Origin: Candidatus Methylomirabilis oxygeniifera
Lineage (GTDB): Bacteria > Methylomirabilota > Methylomirabilia > Methylomirabilales > Methylomirabilaceae
Assembly (NCBI GenBank): GCA_000091165.1
Contig: FP565575.1
Location: forward strand, 1,650,001-1,682,000
DNA: 32,000 bases
Reading direction: 5' to 3'
A model generated the notes under the pieces. That model had not been told where the DNA came from. It did not search any database and saw only the letters and a list, made by a program, of their open reading frames with translations. Below, in pieces: positions 1 through 8,370 of the stretch (positions are counted from its first letter, which is position 1; each line of letters starts with the position of its first letter). Made by a program: the position numbers and the translations under genes.

Positions 1-1112
1 TCTTCTTCAATCGCATCGAGCAGGAATCGAGTAGTTTCTTCAACCTGGCCGACGGTCAGGGCAGCCGCGGCGACTTGCAGGCCAATACCCGGGGGCACAT
101 TCGTAATATCGGGGGTCGCGTGCGGGAGGAGGTCCAGTTCTCGCCGCAATGGACCGGATACCTCGGGGTAGGCGTGGAGGGCTCGGAGATTCGGGCCGAA
201 GTCCGATCCCGCAACAGCACGACCGCCCCGCTCAGCAGGATCGAGGTAAGACGTGAATTCATGAGTGTCGCGCCGGAGGCAGGGGTCATCTACCGCGTGA
301 ATCCGGACCTCCAGCTCCGCGGACGGGTGGCAACCGCTTACGGCATCCCGGGAATCGGCAATCTGACGACAGCCACGACGGGGCTCGCCGGGAACAATAC
401 CGGCTTGAAGCCGCAGCGGAATGTCGGGGTGGAGCTGGGGTTCGATCTCCGACCCCTGCCGACGGTCACGGCGAGCCTGACCGGCTACTACGAATTCTAT
501 TTCAACGAATTCATTACACAGTCGCCCGGTGCCGGCCTCTCCTCCTTTACCAGCAACGCCCCCAACGCCGAGCATCGCGGGATCGAGGCGGAGCTGGCTT
601 GGCGGCCCTTCGCGGGGGCAAAGGTGTCAACCTCATATACCTTCAACGACCACATCTACACAGAGTTCACCGAGAATATCTGCTCCAGTACCACGTGCAA
701 GAGTTTCGATCGGAGCGGCAATAAGATCCCGGGCGTTGAGCGCCATATCCTGAACGCGAGGATCGCGTATGACACCAGCCATCACAGTGAATGGTGGCGT
801 GGGGTGGGCGGCTGGTTGGAGGTTAACTGGCTGGACGATTTCTACGTGAACAACAGCAACACGCTAAAGACGTTGCCCTACCAACTGGTGAACCTGAATC
901 TCCATTACGACCGGGAGGTCACGATCCCATTCGCCCGATCGCTGTCGGCCTTCTTTGAGATTCAGAATCTGTTCGACGCGACGTACATCGCCAGCGCCAA
1001 CGTCGTCGCGGATTCGCTCAGCGATACGCCGGCCAATCTGGCGACATCGAAGCAGGCGTTTTTTGCCGGTCAGCCCAGATCCTACTTTGCCGGCCTTAAG
1101 CTCAGGTTTTAG
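1..1112 (+). CDS. TonB-dependent outer-membrane receptor, C-terminal part (5' end lies outside the window)
   Basis: Frame 3 is open from nt 3 with no stop before the listed TTG at 75, so the gene enters from the left edge. The sequence is beta-barrel-like with alternating aromatic strands. It ends ...SYFAGLKLRF* with the terminal Phe typical of TBDR/OMP barrels. A PepSY-TM gene, a common partner, follows directly. Confidence 0.75.
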   Translation, partial: FFNRIEQESSSFFNLADGQGSRGDLQANTRGHIRNIGGRVREEVQFSPQWTGYLGVGVEGSEIRAEVRSRNSTTAPLSRIEVRREFMSVAPEAGVIYRVNPDLQLRGRVATAYGIPGIGNLTTATTGLAGNNTGLKPQRNVGVELGFDLRPLPTVTASLTGYYEFYFNEFITQSPGAGLSSFTSNAPNAEHRGIEAELAWRPFAGAKVSTSYTFNDHIYTEFTENICSSTTCKSFDRSGNKIPGVERHILNARIAYDTSHHSEWWRGVGGWLEVNWLDDFYVNNSNTLKTLPYQLVNLNLHYDREVTIPFARSLSAFFEIQNLFDATYIASANVVADSLSDTPANLATSKQAFFAGQPRSYFAGLKLRF

Positions 1113-1122
1113 GGGAATAGAG

Positions 1123-2784
1123 ATGGTCAGAAAGTCGGGTGTTCCCTCCAATGGACGCGGCAAAGGGGTCAGTGTGCTGAAACGGGAATCAGTCGGATTT
1201 CCGAGTCGCGCGAACGTGACGTCAGGTCCCTCCGGCGTCACCACGGCACCGCTTCGGAAAAAGACTCGCCGGCACCGGAGGGTGACCCTCGTCAAGCTCC
1301 ATAAATGGGTGGGCTTGATTGCAGCCGTCTGGCTGTGCGTGCTTGGGGCAACCGGCTTTCTCCTTGATCACAAGGAGTGGCGATGGATGATGTTTTCGAC
1401 CGTTCCGGAACGACTTGTGCCTGAATCGGTCAAAAGCCTCAGTCGGAATACGATTCAGATCTTCCAGGTCAATCCGGATCGGCCGATGCATCAGGTCGCG
1501 GCGGGAGTGCGAGGGTTGTGGGTCACGGAGGACGGGGCCAAGAGCTGGCAGCAAACACGGGTGATTGGGGATGAGGGCGGGCGTCTTCAAGTCTTTGCGG
1601 TTGAACCGGACCCGGAGTACGGTTGGAATCGGCTCTGGATCGGGACCGACGATGGTGTGTGGATGTCTGCTGATGGCGGCAAGACGCTGGTGAAAGCCGG
1701 GATGGAGGGACAGCGAATTACGGCGCTCACGGCTGGGGCGAGCCATGGGGAGCTGTACGGGGTAGCTGACCGAAGCCGAGTTTTCCAACTGCTCACCGGG
1801 AGACCGAATGATCCGCTCTGGCTTCAATTGGAGACGCCGCCGAACGACGCGCTGCCGTCTGAAATCTCCCTGCGACGACTGATCATCGACCTGCATGTTG
1901 GGAAGGGACTCTTCGCCGAAACCACCTCTCTCCTGCTTAACGATCTGGCCGGCCTCGGTTTGTGCGCCTTGGCACTGAGCGGTGTCTTCTATTGGGGGCT
2001 CCCGAAGTACTGGCGACGTCGCCGTCAACAGGGCGATCAGGTCCATGTCGGGACCAAGCGTACAACGCTTGTCTGGCTCTTTCGACTCCATGGCCCTCTG
2101 ATCGGGCTCTGCGCCGCCCTGCCGCTCCTCTATCTCGTCATCACCGGCATCTTCTTTGGGCATTTCAAGGAGTTGGGCGAATGGATGCGGCGAGCACAGG
2201 TCTCTTCGACCTTCTACCCACCTGTATACCATCTCAATGTGTGGGATGGGTGGATTGAGGCGGTCGTCGGCTATCCGGGCCAACCGGAGAAACTCTCTAT
2301 CGGGACGCGGGTCGGGTTGTTCACATCCGAGGACGGGGGACGTACCTGGTCGGCAGAGCGGGCCGGCAACGAACGTATCACGGCGGCCCGACGGCTTCGC
2401 CGCTTCGGCGAGGCGCTCTACATCGGCGACTGGATGGGCGTTAACAGTTATCTGAAACAGCAAGACGGAGCCGGGTGGCTCAAGCTCTCGGATAAGCATG
2501 CCCACATGGCGGGTGACATTACGCGGCTGGGAGACGGTCAGCTCGGATGGCTCCATCATGGAAAAACGGTAGCGATCACGGATCAGTCCGGTCAGGTTCA
2601 TGGTCAGATCGAGCTGACTCAGCCTCAGGCGGATGGGGTGCCGTGGTACTACGTCCTGAGGCAGCTTCACGACGGCCTGATCTTCTGGCAGCACTGGAAG
2701 TGGCTGAACGATCTCTTTGCGGTCCTGGCCGTGACGCTAGTCGTGACCGGGCTAATCCGCTGGTGGCGGGTCAAGTGGCTCTAA
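1123..2784 (+). CDS. PepSY-associated TM-helix protein (PiuB-like) with Asp-box/BNR-like motifs in the periplasmic loops
   Basis: ATG at 1123, 11 nt after the TBDR stop, is preferred to the in-frame upstream start at 955, which overlaps the TBDR. PepSY_TM-type helices are present: HKWVGLIAAVWLCVLGATGFLLDHKEW, DLHVGKGLF...LSGVFYW and LHDGLIFWQHWKWLNDLFAVLAVTLVVTGLIRWW. Asp-box-like motifs: TEDGAKSW, SADGGKTL, SEDGGRTW. Confidence 0.7.
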   Translation: MVRKSGVPSNGRGKGVSVLKRESVGFPSRANVTSGPSGVTTAPLRKKTRRHRRVTLVKLHKWVGLIAAVWLCVLGATGFLLDHKEWRWMMFSTVPERLVPESVKSLSRNTIQIFQVNPDRPMHQVAAGVRGLWVTEDGAKSWQQTRVIGDEGGRLQVFAVEPDPEYGWNRLWIGTDDGVWMSADGGKTLVKAGMEGQRITALTAGASHGELYGVADRSRVFQLLTGRPNDPLWLQLETPPNDALPSEISLRRLIIDLHVGKGLFAETTSLLLNDLAGLGLCALALSGVFYWGLPKYWRRRRQQGDQVHVGTKRTTLVWLFRLHGPLIGLCAALPLLYLVITGIFFGHFKELGEWMRRAQVSSTFYPPVYHLNVWDGWIEAVVGYPGQPEKLSIGTRVGLFTSEDGGRTWSAERAGNERITAARRLRRFGEALYIGDWMGVNSYLKQQDGAGWLKLSDKHAHMAGDITRLGDGQLGWLHHGKTVAITDQSGQVHGQIELTQPQADGVPWYYVLRQLHDGLIFWQHWKWLNDLFAVLAVTLVVTGLIRWWRVKWL

Positions 2785-2930
2785 CGACAGGACGAACTGG
2801 CACTGCACCGCTGAGGTTATGAAATCGCGGAATAATCTTGCGAAGCGCGAGTACACGGCTCGACGGCTTGCGCCCTCGCATACCACGGTGGACTGGAACG
2901 TTCGTGTGCCTCCCTCTCACGTGCGCTCTA

Positions 2931-2958
2931 CAGGGAGCGGTCAAACGACCGCTCCCTG
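2931..2958 (+). terminator. Perfect 12-bp GC-rich hairpin (cagggagcggtc-aaac-gaccgctccctg) downstream of the PepSY-TM gene; possible terminator
   Basis: The stem and loop were read directly from the sequence. There is no clean U-tract after it (cccaccgctcttgat), so terminator function is uncertain. Confidence 0.35.
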
Positions 2959-3000
2959 CCCACCGCTCTTGATATCCGCTCCACTCGCGCTGATCGAGTA

Positions 3001-3105
3001 GAACCGGACCTGGGACGCCACACACAGCGAAGACCGATCGAATTTGCCGGTCGCCGGACCGTCAGCAGGTGAAACGGGAGAGCTTCCTGTGGCACCCGTG
3101 TAGGA
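3001..3105. repeat. Copy A of a 105-bp conserved non-coding element (partner at 27564-27668)
   Basis: Aligns by eye base for base with 27564-27668. The 3' core cgtcagcaggtgaaacg..ag.gcttcctgtggcacccgtgtagga is nearly identical. It marks the left end of the segmental duplication. Confidence 0.7.
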
Positions 3106-3140
3106 ATCCGTAGACATCTCTATCCGATAATGGTTACATT

Positions 3141-3165
3141 AGTGACAAGAAGTTCAGGCATTAAG
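3141..3165 (+). pseudogene. 3'-terminal relic of the class II cytochrome c gene (compare 28189-28215)
   Basis: agtgacaagaagttcaggcattaag matches agtgccacaagaaattcaagcattaag (..DKKFRH* versus ..CHKKFKH*). The rest of the roughly 480-bp gene is absent from this copy. Confidence 0.5.
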
Positions 3166-3194
3166 GAAAACGGCGTATCCCTGGTAAGTCGGTG

Positions 3195-3260
3195 ATGAAG
3201 TGTGTGTTCGGCCTGACCCGTCGAGACGCCTTGGGTAGTCCCTCGGCATCAACCCGATAA
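3195..3260 (+). pseudogene. Fossil of the 5' end of the radical SAM gene; now a 21-codon ORF (MKCVFGLTRRDALGSPSASTR*)
   Basis: atgaagtgtgtgttcggcc... aligns with the start of the intact radical SAM gene at 18632 (atgaagtgcgtgtttggccc...). It is frameshifted after about codon 6. Its stop TAA (3258-3260) abuts the Shine-Dalgarno sequence of the LTXXQ gene. Confidence 0.7.
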
Positions 3261-3276
3261 CAAGGAGGACATGACA

Positions 3277-4020
3277 ATGAAACTGTTGGTGGGATTGCTG
3301 GTGGCAGCTTTGCTGGTGATGGTTCCAAGAGTGCAGTCGGTGTCGGCTGAAGAGGGGTCACGGGGTATGGGTGGAATGAAAGAGTCGTGTGACAGCCGCG
3401 AGGCAGAACACGCTCAATATCGCCATTATGGCCATTACCCCTACCATCTGATCAAGTATGCGAAAGAGATCGGTCTAATACCGGACCAGGTCACCCGCAT
3501 CAAGAAGATTCGACTCGAGTTTGAGCGTGCCTGTCTTCGGGCCAGGGCTGAGATCGGCGTCAGCGACTTGGAAATTGCGGCATTGATGGACGATGAGAAG
3601 GCCACTTTCGCAACGATCGAGGCAAAAGTGAAGCAACGCGCAACCGCGGCGACCGGCCTCCAGGTTGCGGCAATCAAGGCCAAACGGGATGCCATGGCGC
3701 TCCTGACCGCCGAACAGCGTGAGAAGGATCAAGCGATCCACGAGAAGATGATGGAGCAAATGCAGGAGCGAAGAGGCGGAATGGGCGGTGGCAGCATGAT
3801 GCAGGGCGGTGGTATGGGCGGTGGCCGAATGGGCGGTGGTATGGGTGGCGGGATGATGGGCGGCGGTCGGCGTGGTGGAGGTATGGGCGGTGGTATGGGT
3901 GGTGGCATGATGCAGGGTGGCGGACAGATGGAAGGCGGGATGGATCACGATATGACGCAGGGCGACCAGGATGACTCTTCGCAACAAAAGGAATCACAGG
4001 GCGAGCACCAGGGTCATTGA
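3277..4020 (+). CDS. Periplasmic LTXXQ-motif (Spy/CpxP/ZraP, heavy-metal-resistance-like) protein with a Met/Gly-rich (MGGG)n C-terminal tail, copy 1
   Basis: AAGGAGG at 3262-3268 gives 8-nt spacing to the ATG at 3277; the ATG at 3271 is only 2 nt away. The start aligns with paralog 28358. Signal peptide MKLLVGLLVAALLVMVPRVQSVSA. LTXXQ-like motifs LIPDQ and LLTAEQREKDQ. The tail is GGMGGGSMMQGGGMGGGRMGGGMGGGMMGGG.... Confidence 0.8.
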   Translation: MKLLVGLLVAALLVMVPRVQSVSAEEGSRGMGGMKESCDSREAEHAQYRHYGHYPYHLIKYAKEIGLIPDQVTRIKKIRLEFERACLRARAEIGVSDLEIAALMDDEKATFATIEAKVKQRATAATGLQVAAIKAKRDAMALLTAEQREKDQAIHEKMMEQMQERRGGMGGGSMMQGGGMGGGRMGGGMGGGMMGGGRRGGGMGGGMGGGMMQGGGQMEGGMDHDMTQGDQDDSSQQKESQGEHQGH

Positions 4021-4104
4021 GTTCGCTACACTCCGTCTGCGTCTGCTACATGAGATAGGGAGATGTTGGCAGCCGATCGGCGCGATAGGCATAAACGACG
4101 TAGG

Positions 4105-4320
4105 ATGAGAACGTCCACACGCTTTTTGTGTGCCGCATCGACGAAAATCGTTGTGCCGGGCCTGCTCCTGGTCCATAGGTCACTGCACGAGCAGGCCCGG
4201 CACGCACATCTCCAAGACCATCCCCTCTCTCGAACATTTTCCTTCCGGTTCGTTAACTTCGCCGCCAAAAGACGTGTGGTCGAACGATGCACACCTGGAT
4301 TGAGAAACAACGATATCTGA
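4105..4320 (+). pseudogene. Decayed copy of the small membrane-anchored protein gene (intact paralog 29341-29649)
   Basis: MRTSTRFLCAASTKIVVPGLLLVH.SLHEQARHA aligns with MRKSTLFLFAVSTEVVVLGLLLVHASLSEQARHA. About 35 codons are then missing. After QDHPLS a 2-nt loss shifts the frame relative to the intact copy. Confidence 0.65.
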
Positions 4321-4568
4321 TCGACTTGACCCTCTCCTCGTTTCTAAGGCGAAAGGTCAAGCACGTCGGCCCGTTGATCCTCTACGCGCTGATGGTCTTC
4401 ATCCTCGCCTCAGTTACGTTCTTCGCCTACACGATCACAAAAGAAGCCTCGGCGAAGGAGTTCCTGGAGGATCACAAGGAAACACGCATTCTGCGGTTTG
4501 CAGACGCGACGGCAGAGGTGATCGACGCGCTCGACGCGGCCCAGCAACCGAGGGGGAGGAAGCGATGA
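4287..4568 (+). pseudogene. Truncated 5' fragment of the FtsX-type permease gene (intact paralog 29633-30877)
   Basis: The first ~55 codons (MHTWIEKQRYLIDLTLSSFLRRKVKHVGPLILYALMVFILASVTFFAYTITKEAS) match the N-terminus of the 414-aa permease. Homology stops at about 4452. The ORF then runs into unrelated sequence and stops at 4568. Confidence 0.7.
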
Positions 4569-4593
4569 AGGAGGACAAGAAAGGGAAGAATCT

Positions 4594-5769
4594 GTGACAT
4601 TTTTGACCAGGCACCGCAAGCGGCTCATTATCGCAACGCTGGTCCTCGGGCTCCTCGTCGTGGGGCTCAGGCTGACCCTGTTGGCTCCATACCGGATCGA
4701 GTCGGCCGGCCTCGAACCTCATGATCTTCAGCGCGAAGCATTCGGTGTGGGGACGGTTGAGGCGAAGGTCGTCGTCAGCATCGGCAGCAAGATCACCGGG
4801 CGCGTAACGGCGCTCAATGTTGACCAACCGGATCGGGTTCGCAAAGGGCAACTCCTTGCCACCCTCGAAAACCAGGATTTCCATGAGCAGGTGGCCCAAG
4901 CGGAGCACGACCTCGCGCGCACGGCAGCCGACCTGGTGGCCAACGACGCAGCAATCAGGCAGGCCGAAGCCAACCGGGCGCTTGCCCGGAAGAACTACGA
5001 GCGGTACCAAAGCCTCTCCCAGGAAGGGGCTGTGTCGCGGCTCGACTTCGAGCAAAAGGAGAATGAGCATATCGCCGCACAGGAGGCCGTCAATACCCTC
5101 CTCGCCCAGCGAACGTCGCTCGAGAAACAACAGAAGAAGGCATCGGCAAACCTGAATTTTGCGAAGGCCAAGCTGACCGACACCATGGTGCATGCCTCCT
5201 GCGATGGTGTGGTGGTAACCCGCGAGGTCGAGGTGGGCGATGCCGTGGTTGCGGGTGCCCCCATCTTCCGCATCGCCGACTGCCACACCATCTGGGTCCG
5301 GGCTCATGTCGATGAGACGGTCGCCGGCGCGATTGCCGTGGGCCAGCCGGCCCGGGTCATCCTGCGGTCTCGCCCTGAGCAGAGCCTCCCAGGCCAGGTC
5401 GTTCGGGTGGAGGTCGAGAGTGATCGGGTGACCGAGGAGAAGGCAGTCAATGTGACCTTCTCCGTGCCCTCCTCTATCCCACCCATTGGGGAGCAAGCGG
5501 AGGTTTACATCATCACAGGGCAGAAAACCCAGGTTTCCGCGCTGCCACAGAAGGCATTGGTCCCCATTGGGAAATCGTATGGGGTCTGGCTCATCCAGGG
5601 TGGCCGGGTTCACCTGCGCCAGGTACAGGTCGGGATCTCGGACCCCTCCGGCTGGATCGAGATTGTCGGTGGGTTGGACAGCACTGACCGGGTCGCACTT
5701 GCCCCGCCAGAGATCATGCTGCGGCTCAAGGACAACGCCCGAGTCGCGGTGAGCACGGCAGGGTCATGA
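4594..5769 (+). CDS. HlyD-family membrane fusion protein of a DevBCA/MacAB-type ABC exporter
   Basis: N-terminal TM (RLIIATLVLGLLVVGL), a long coiled-coil region and lipoyl/beta-barrel-like segments (GRVTALNVDQPDRVRKGQLLATLE ... CDGVVVTREVEVGDAV). Its stop overlaps the next start (ATGA at 5766). Confidence 0.85.
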   Translation: MTFLTRHRKRLIIATLVLGLLVVGLRLTLLAPYRIESAGLEPHDLQREAFGVGTVEAKVVVSIGSKITGRVTALNVDQPDRVRKGQLLATLENQDFHEQVAQAEHDLARTAADLVANDAAIRQAEANRALARKNYERYQSLSQEGAVSRLDFEQKENEHIAAQEAVNTLLAQRTSLEKQQKKASANLNFAKAKLTDTMVHASCDGVVVTREVEVGDAVVAGAPIFRIADCHTIWVRAHVDETVAGAIAVGQPARVILRSRPEQSLPGQVVRVEVESDRVTEEKAVNVTFSVPSSIPPIGEQAEVYIITGQKTQVSALPQKALVPIGKSYGVWLIQGGRVHLRQVQVGISDPSGWIEIVGGLDSTDRVALAPPEIMLRLKDNARVAVSTAGS

Positions 5770-6968
5770 ACCTGGCCATTCGCGACATCAGGCATAACAA
5801 AGACCGATTTATCCTCACCTGTCTGGGCCTGGGGCTGCTGATTTCCGTCGTCATGGCGATGAGCGGCATCTATGCGGGCCTCATTACCGACGCAACTGCG
5901 CTTCTCCGCCAAGTCGATGCGGACATCTGGGTAGTGGAGAAAGACACCTTCGGACCCTTCGCCGACGACTCCCGCATCCCGGAAGATCTGCAGTACAACA
6001 TCCGGTCAGTCCCCGGGGTGGTGCAAGCCGCACCCCTCTCTTTCCGCAATATGCAGCTCGATTACCACGGACGGACCCTGAGGTTCTATCTTGTCGGCTA
6101 CCGCTGGGACGGCATCGGCGGCCCGCGCCATCTGATCGCCGGCCGACAGATCGGGCGTAAGCATTACGAGCTGGTGGCTGACCAGAAGCTCGGGCTCAAT
6201 CTCGGTGACGTCCTCCATCTGGGGCTGCACGATTACACCGTGGTGGGGCTGACCATGAACATCGTCTCGCCGGCCGGCGATCCGGTCATCTACGCCTCTC
6301 TGGCCGATGCCCAGGAACTCTCATTCCAAAAGAACAATGAAGCGATTCGGAATGAGCGGGCCCGCCTGGCCGCACGCCTGAAAGACTTTGAGAAGAAAGC
6401 GCCCGGTCTCGCCCATGAGCTCGAGACTACGGTTGAAGAGATCGTAGGCAACACGCACATCGTCAACGCCGTCATCGCCAGAATCGATCGCCGAGAAACC
6501 CCCGAGGCCGTGGCCGCCAGAATCCTCCGGTGGACCCACTACACCGCCCTGACCAGTGCGCAGGAAGAGGAGATCCTCACGAAACACGTGATTGAGAAGC
6601 CCCGGCGACAGCTCGGGCTCTTCCGGATCATCCTGCTCGTCATCTCGGCTGTCATCATCGCGCTCATCGTCTACACGCTCACCATCGAGAAGATCCGGGA
6701 TCTCGCGACGTTGAAGCTGATCGGTGCGGCAAATCGTCGGATCGTCGGGCTGATCATGCAGCAATCTCTGGCGATGGGCATCCTGGGCTACCTCATCGGG
6801 GCTACCCTCATTTATGCGACCTACGATAAGTTTCCCCGGCGCATTGTCCTGCTTCCGATCGACATGGGGGTCTTGTTTATCATCGTCATCGCCCTCTGCG
6901 CAGTCGGAAGCCTCCAGGGGGTGCGGACCGCGCTGAAGGTTGATCCATCGGTCATATTGGGGACCTGA
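5766..6968 (+). CDS. FtsX/MacB-family ABC exporter permease (DevC-like)
   Basis: N-terminal TM (FILTCLGLGLLISVVMAMSGIY), a large periplasmic domain and three C-terminal TMs containing the LKLIGA motif. It lies between the MFP and the ATPase. Confidence 0.85.
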   Translation: MNLAIRDIRHNKDRFILTCLGLGLLISVVMAMSGIYAGLITDATALLRQVDADIWVVEKDTFGPFADDSRIPEDLQYNIRSVPGVVQAAPLSFRNMQLDYHGRTLRFYLVGYRWDGIGGPRHLIAGRQIGRKHYELVADQKLGLNLGDVLHLGLHDYTVVGLTMNIVSPAGDPVIYASLADAQELSFQKNNEAIRNERARLAARLKDFEKKAPGLAHELETTVEEIVGNTHIVNAVIARIDRRETPEAVAARILRWTHYTALTSAQEEEILTKHVIEKPRRQLGLFRIILLVISAVIIALIVYTLTIEKIRDLATLKLIGAANRRIVGLIMQQSLAMGILGYLIGATLIYATYDKFPRRIVLLPIDMGVLFIIVIALCAVGSLQGVRTALKVDPSVILGT

Positions 6969-6969
6969 G

Positions 6970-7656
6970 ATGGAGCCGGTAGTCCGCGTACGCAAGCTCA
7001 CGAAGGTCTATGGGAGCGGGGATACGGCGGTCACGGCTCTGGCAGACGCCGGCCTGGAAGTATTTCCCGCCGAACTTGTCGCCATCATCGGACCAAGCGG
7101 ATCGGGGAAAACGACGCTTCTGACTGCCATCGGGTGCGTCAAGGAACCCACGAGCGGCTACATCGAGATCGACGGTCGGGTGGTCTTTGACAACGGCTGG
7201 CATAAGGTGGACCTCCTCCAACTTCGCCGCGAAAAGATCGGGTTCATCCTTCAATCGTTTAACCTCCTCCCCTTCCTGACCACCCTGGAAAATGTGCTCA
7301 TCGCTATGGACCTGGTGGGCAAGCGGGGGAAAGAGGCCAGAGAGAGGGCGACCGGCTTGCTTGACTATCTGCAAGTAGCGCACCGCCTCGGTACGTACCC
7401 GGAGAGCCTTTCCGGCGGGGAGAAGCAGCGGGTCGCCATCGCCCGAGCGATGGCGAACGACCCCAAGATCCTCCTCGCGGATGAGCCTACGGCTCAACTT
7501 GATACGGAACGGGGGAAGACCGTGATGAGCCTCATGAAAAAGCTGGCCAAGGAGAAGCGCTCCGCCGTGATCGTCGTCACGCACGATCGCAGGATGGTAG
7601 AGGACTTCGATCGCATTTACATGCTGGAGGACGGGAGGATGCTGAATCATCAGTAA
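6970..7656 (+). CDS. ABC transporter ATP-binding protein (MacB/LolD/DevA-like)
   Basis: Walker A GPSGSGKTT, signature LSGGEKQRVAIARA, Walker B LLADEPTAQLD, H-loop VTHD. The ATG at 6970 directly follows the permease stop; the listed start at 6940 would overlap it. Confidence 0.9.
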   Translation: MEPVVRVRKLTKVYGSGDTAVTALADAGLEVFPAELVAIIGPSGSGKTTLLTAIGCVKEPTSGYIEIDGRVVFDNGWHKVDLLQLRREKIGFILQSFNLLPFLTTLENVLIAMDLVGKRGKEARERATGLLDYLQVAHRLGTYPESLSGGEKQRVAIARAMANDPKILLADEPTAQLDTERGKTVMSLMKKLAKEKRSAVIVVTHDRRMVEDFDRIYMLEDGRMLNHQ

Positions 7657-7818
7657 TAGGGACTATCCAATCTATTCTGAAACGAGGTCGCGAGGAGTTC
7701 GGACACTGGTGCAATGTCTGGGAGCGTGGGCGGTCATGCCTCGATGTGAAGCAGGGAACGTGTGCGACGCACTTGCGGACGAGTTCCGCCGAGCCTCCTC
7801 ACGATAAGGCAGCAACCA

Positions 7819-8370
7819 ATGAATCGGCCATCGCTACCCGAAGAAGAGAGGGATCGCTTCGCCCGGTCGCTACTTCAGCACCTTGATGCCCTCTATAGCT
7901 TCGCCTGGTGGCTGACGCATCGCCGGGAAGAGATCGACGATCTGGTCCAGGAGACCCTCCTCCGCGCTATGCGGTCCGCCCACCAGTTTCAGTCTGGAAC
8001 CAATCTGAAGGCATGGCTCTTTAGTATATTGAAGCATGAGTGGTTCCGGCGCGCGGGACTGACCAGGCGGGAGGTTGCAGCCGATTCTTTCTCGGACAAC
8101 GAAGAGGCTCCGGATCGGGAGTGGGCGATCGAGACCGACGTCATTCGCTCAGCACTCCAGAAGGATCTGGATGAGGCGCTTCGCACGCTCCCTGAAGAAT
8201 ACCGGAGCGCGGTCCTTCTCTTTGATCTGTATGAGTTTTCGCTGAAGGAAACGGCTCAGATCCTGGCCGTACCCGACGGAACCGTAAAGTCTCGTCTGGC
8301 CAGAGGCCGTCAGATGTTGCGTGGTCGGCTGCTGGCATATAGCAGAGGGTCCGGCAATGTTGAGTTGTGA
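7819..8370 (+). CDS. ECF (sigma-70 family, RpoE-like) RNA polymerase sigma factor
   Basis: Region 2 DDLVQETLLRAMR...KAWLFSILKHEW and region 4 HTH ETAQILAVPDGTVKSRLARGRQML. The start could instead be the GTG at 7762. Confidence 0.85.
   Translation: MNRPSLPEEERDRFARSLLQHLDALYSFAWWLTHRREEIDDLVQETLLRAMRSAHQFQSGTNLKAWLFSILKHEWFRRAGLTRREVAADSFSDNEEAPDREWAIETDVIRSALQKDLDEALRTLPEEYRSAVLLFDLYEFSLKETAQILAVPDGTVKSRLARGRQMLRGRLLAYSRGSGNVEL

Noticed and set aside
1222-2694. 490-aa minus-strand ORF and similar long antisense or out-of-frame ORFs (for example 4435..5613, 6321..7001, 6952..7650, 8141..8766, 11026..11628, 11127..11777, 12692..13543, 14785..15381, 15427..16122, 16519..17031, 20805..21323, 21537..22052, 23235..23744, 24590..25441, 30428..31396)
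   Set aside because: These are stop-poor alternative frames typical of GC-rich DNA. They are Arg/Pro/Gly-rich with no motifs. In every case the overlapping frame I annotated carries clear family signatures and operon-consistent start/stop spacing.
3475-3997. Long minus-strand His/Pro/Thr/Ala-rich ORFs antisense to the MGGG tails (3475..3987, 3674..3997; likewise 28418..29092, 28776..29111, 28801..29019)
   Set aside because: They are reverse-complement shadows of the atgggNggNgg repeats (CCACC/CAT runs). They have no RBS or sensible start. The sense strand has SD, signal peptide and LTXXQ motifs.
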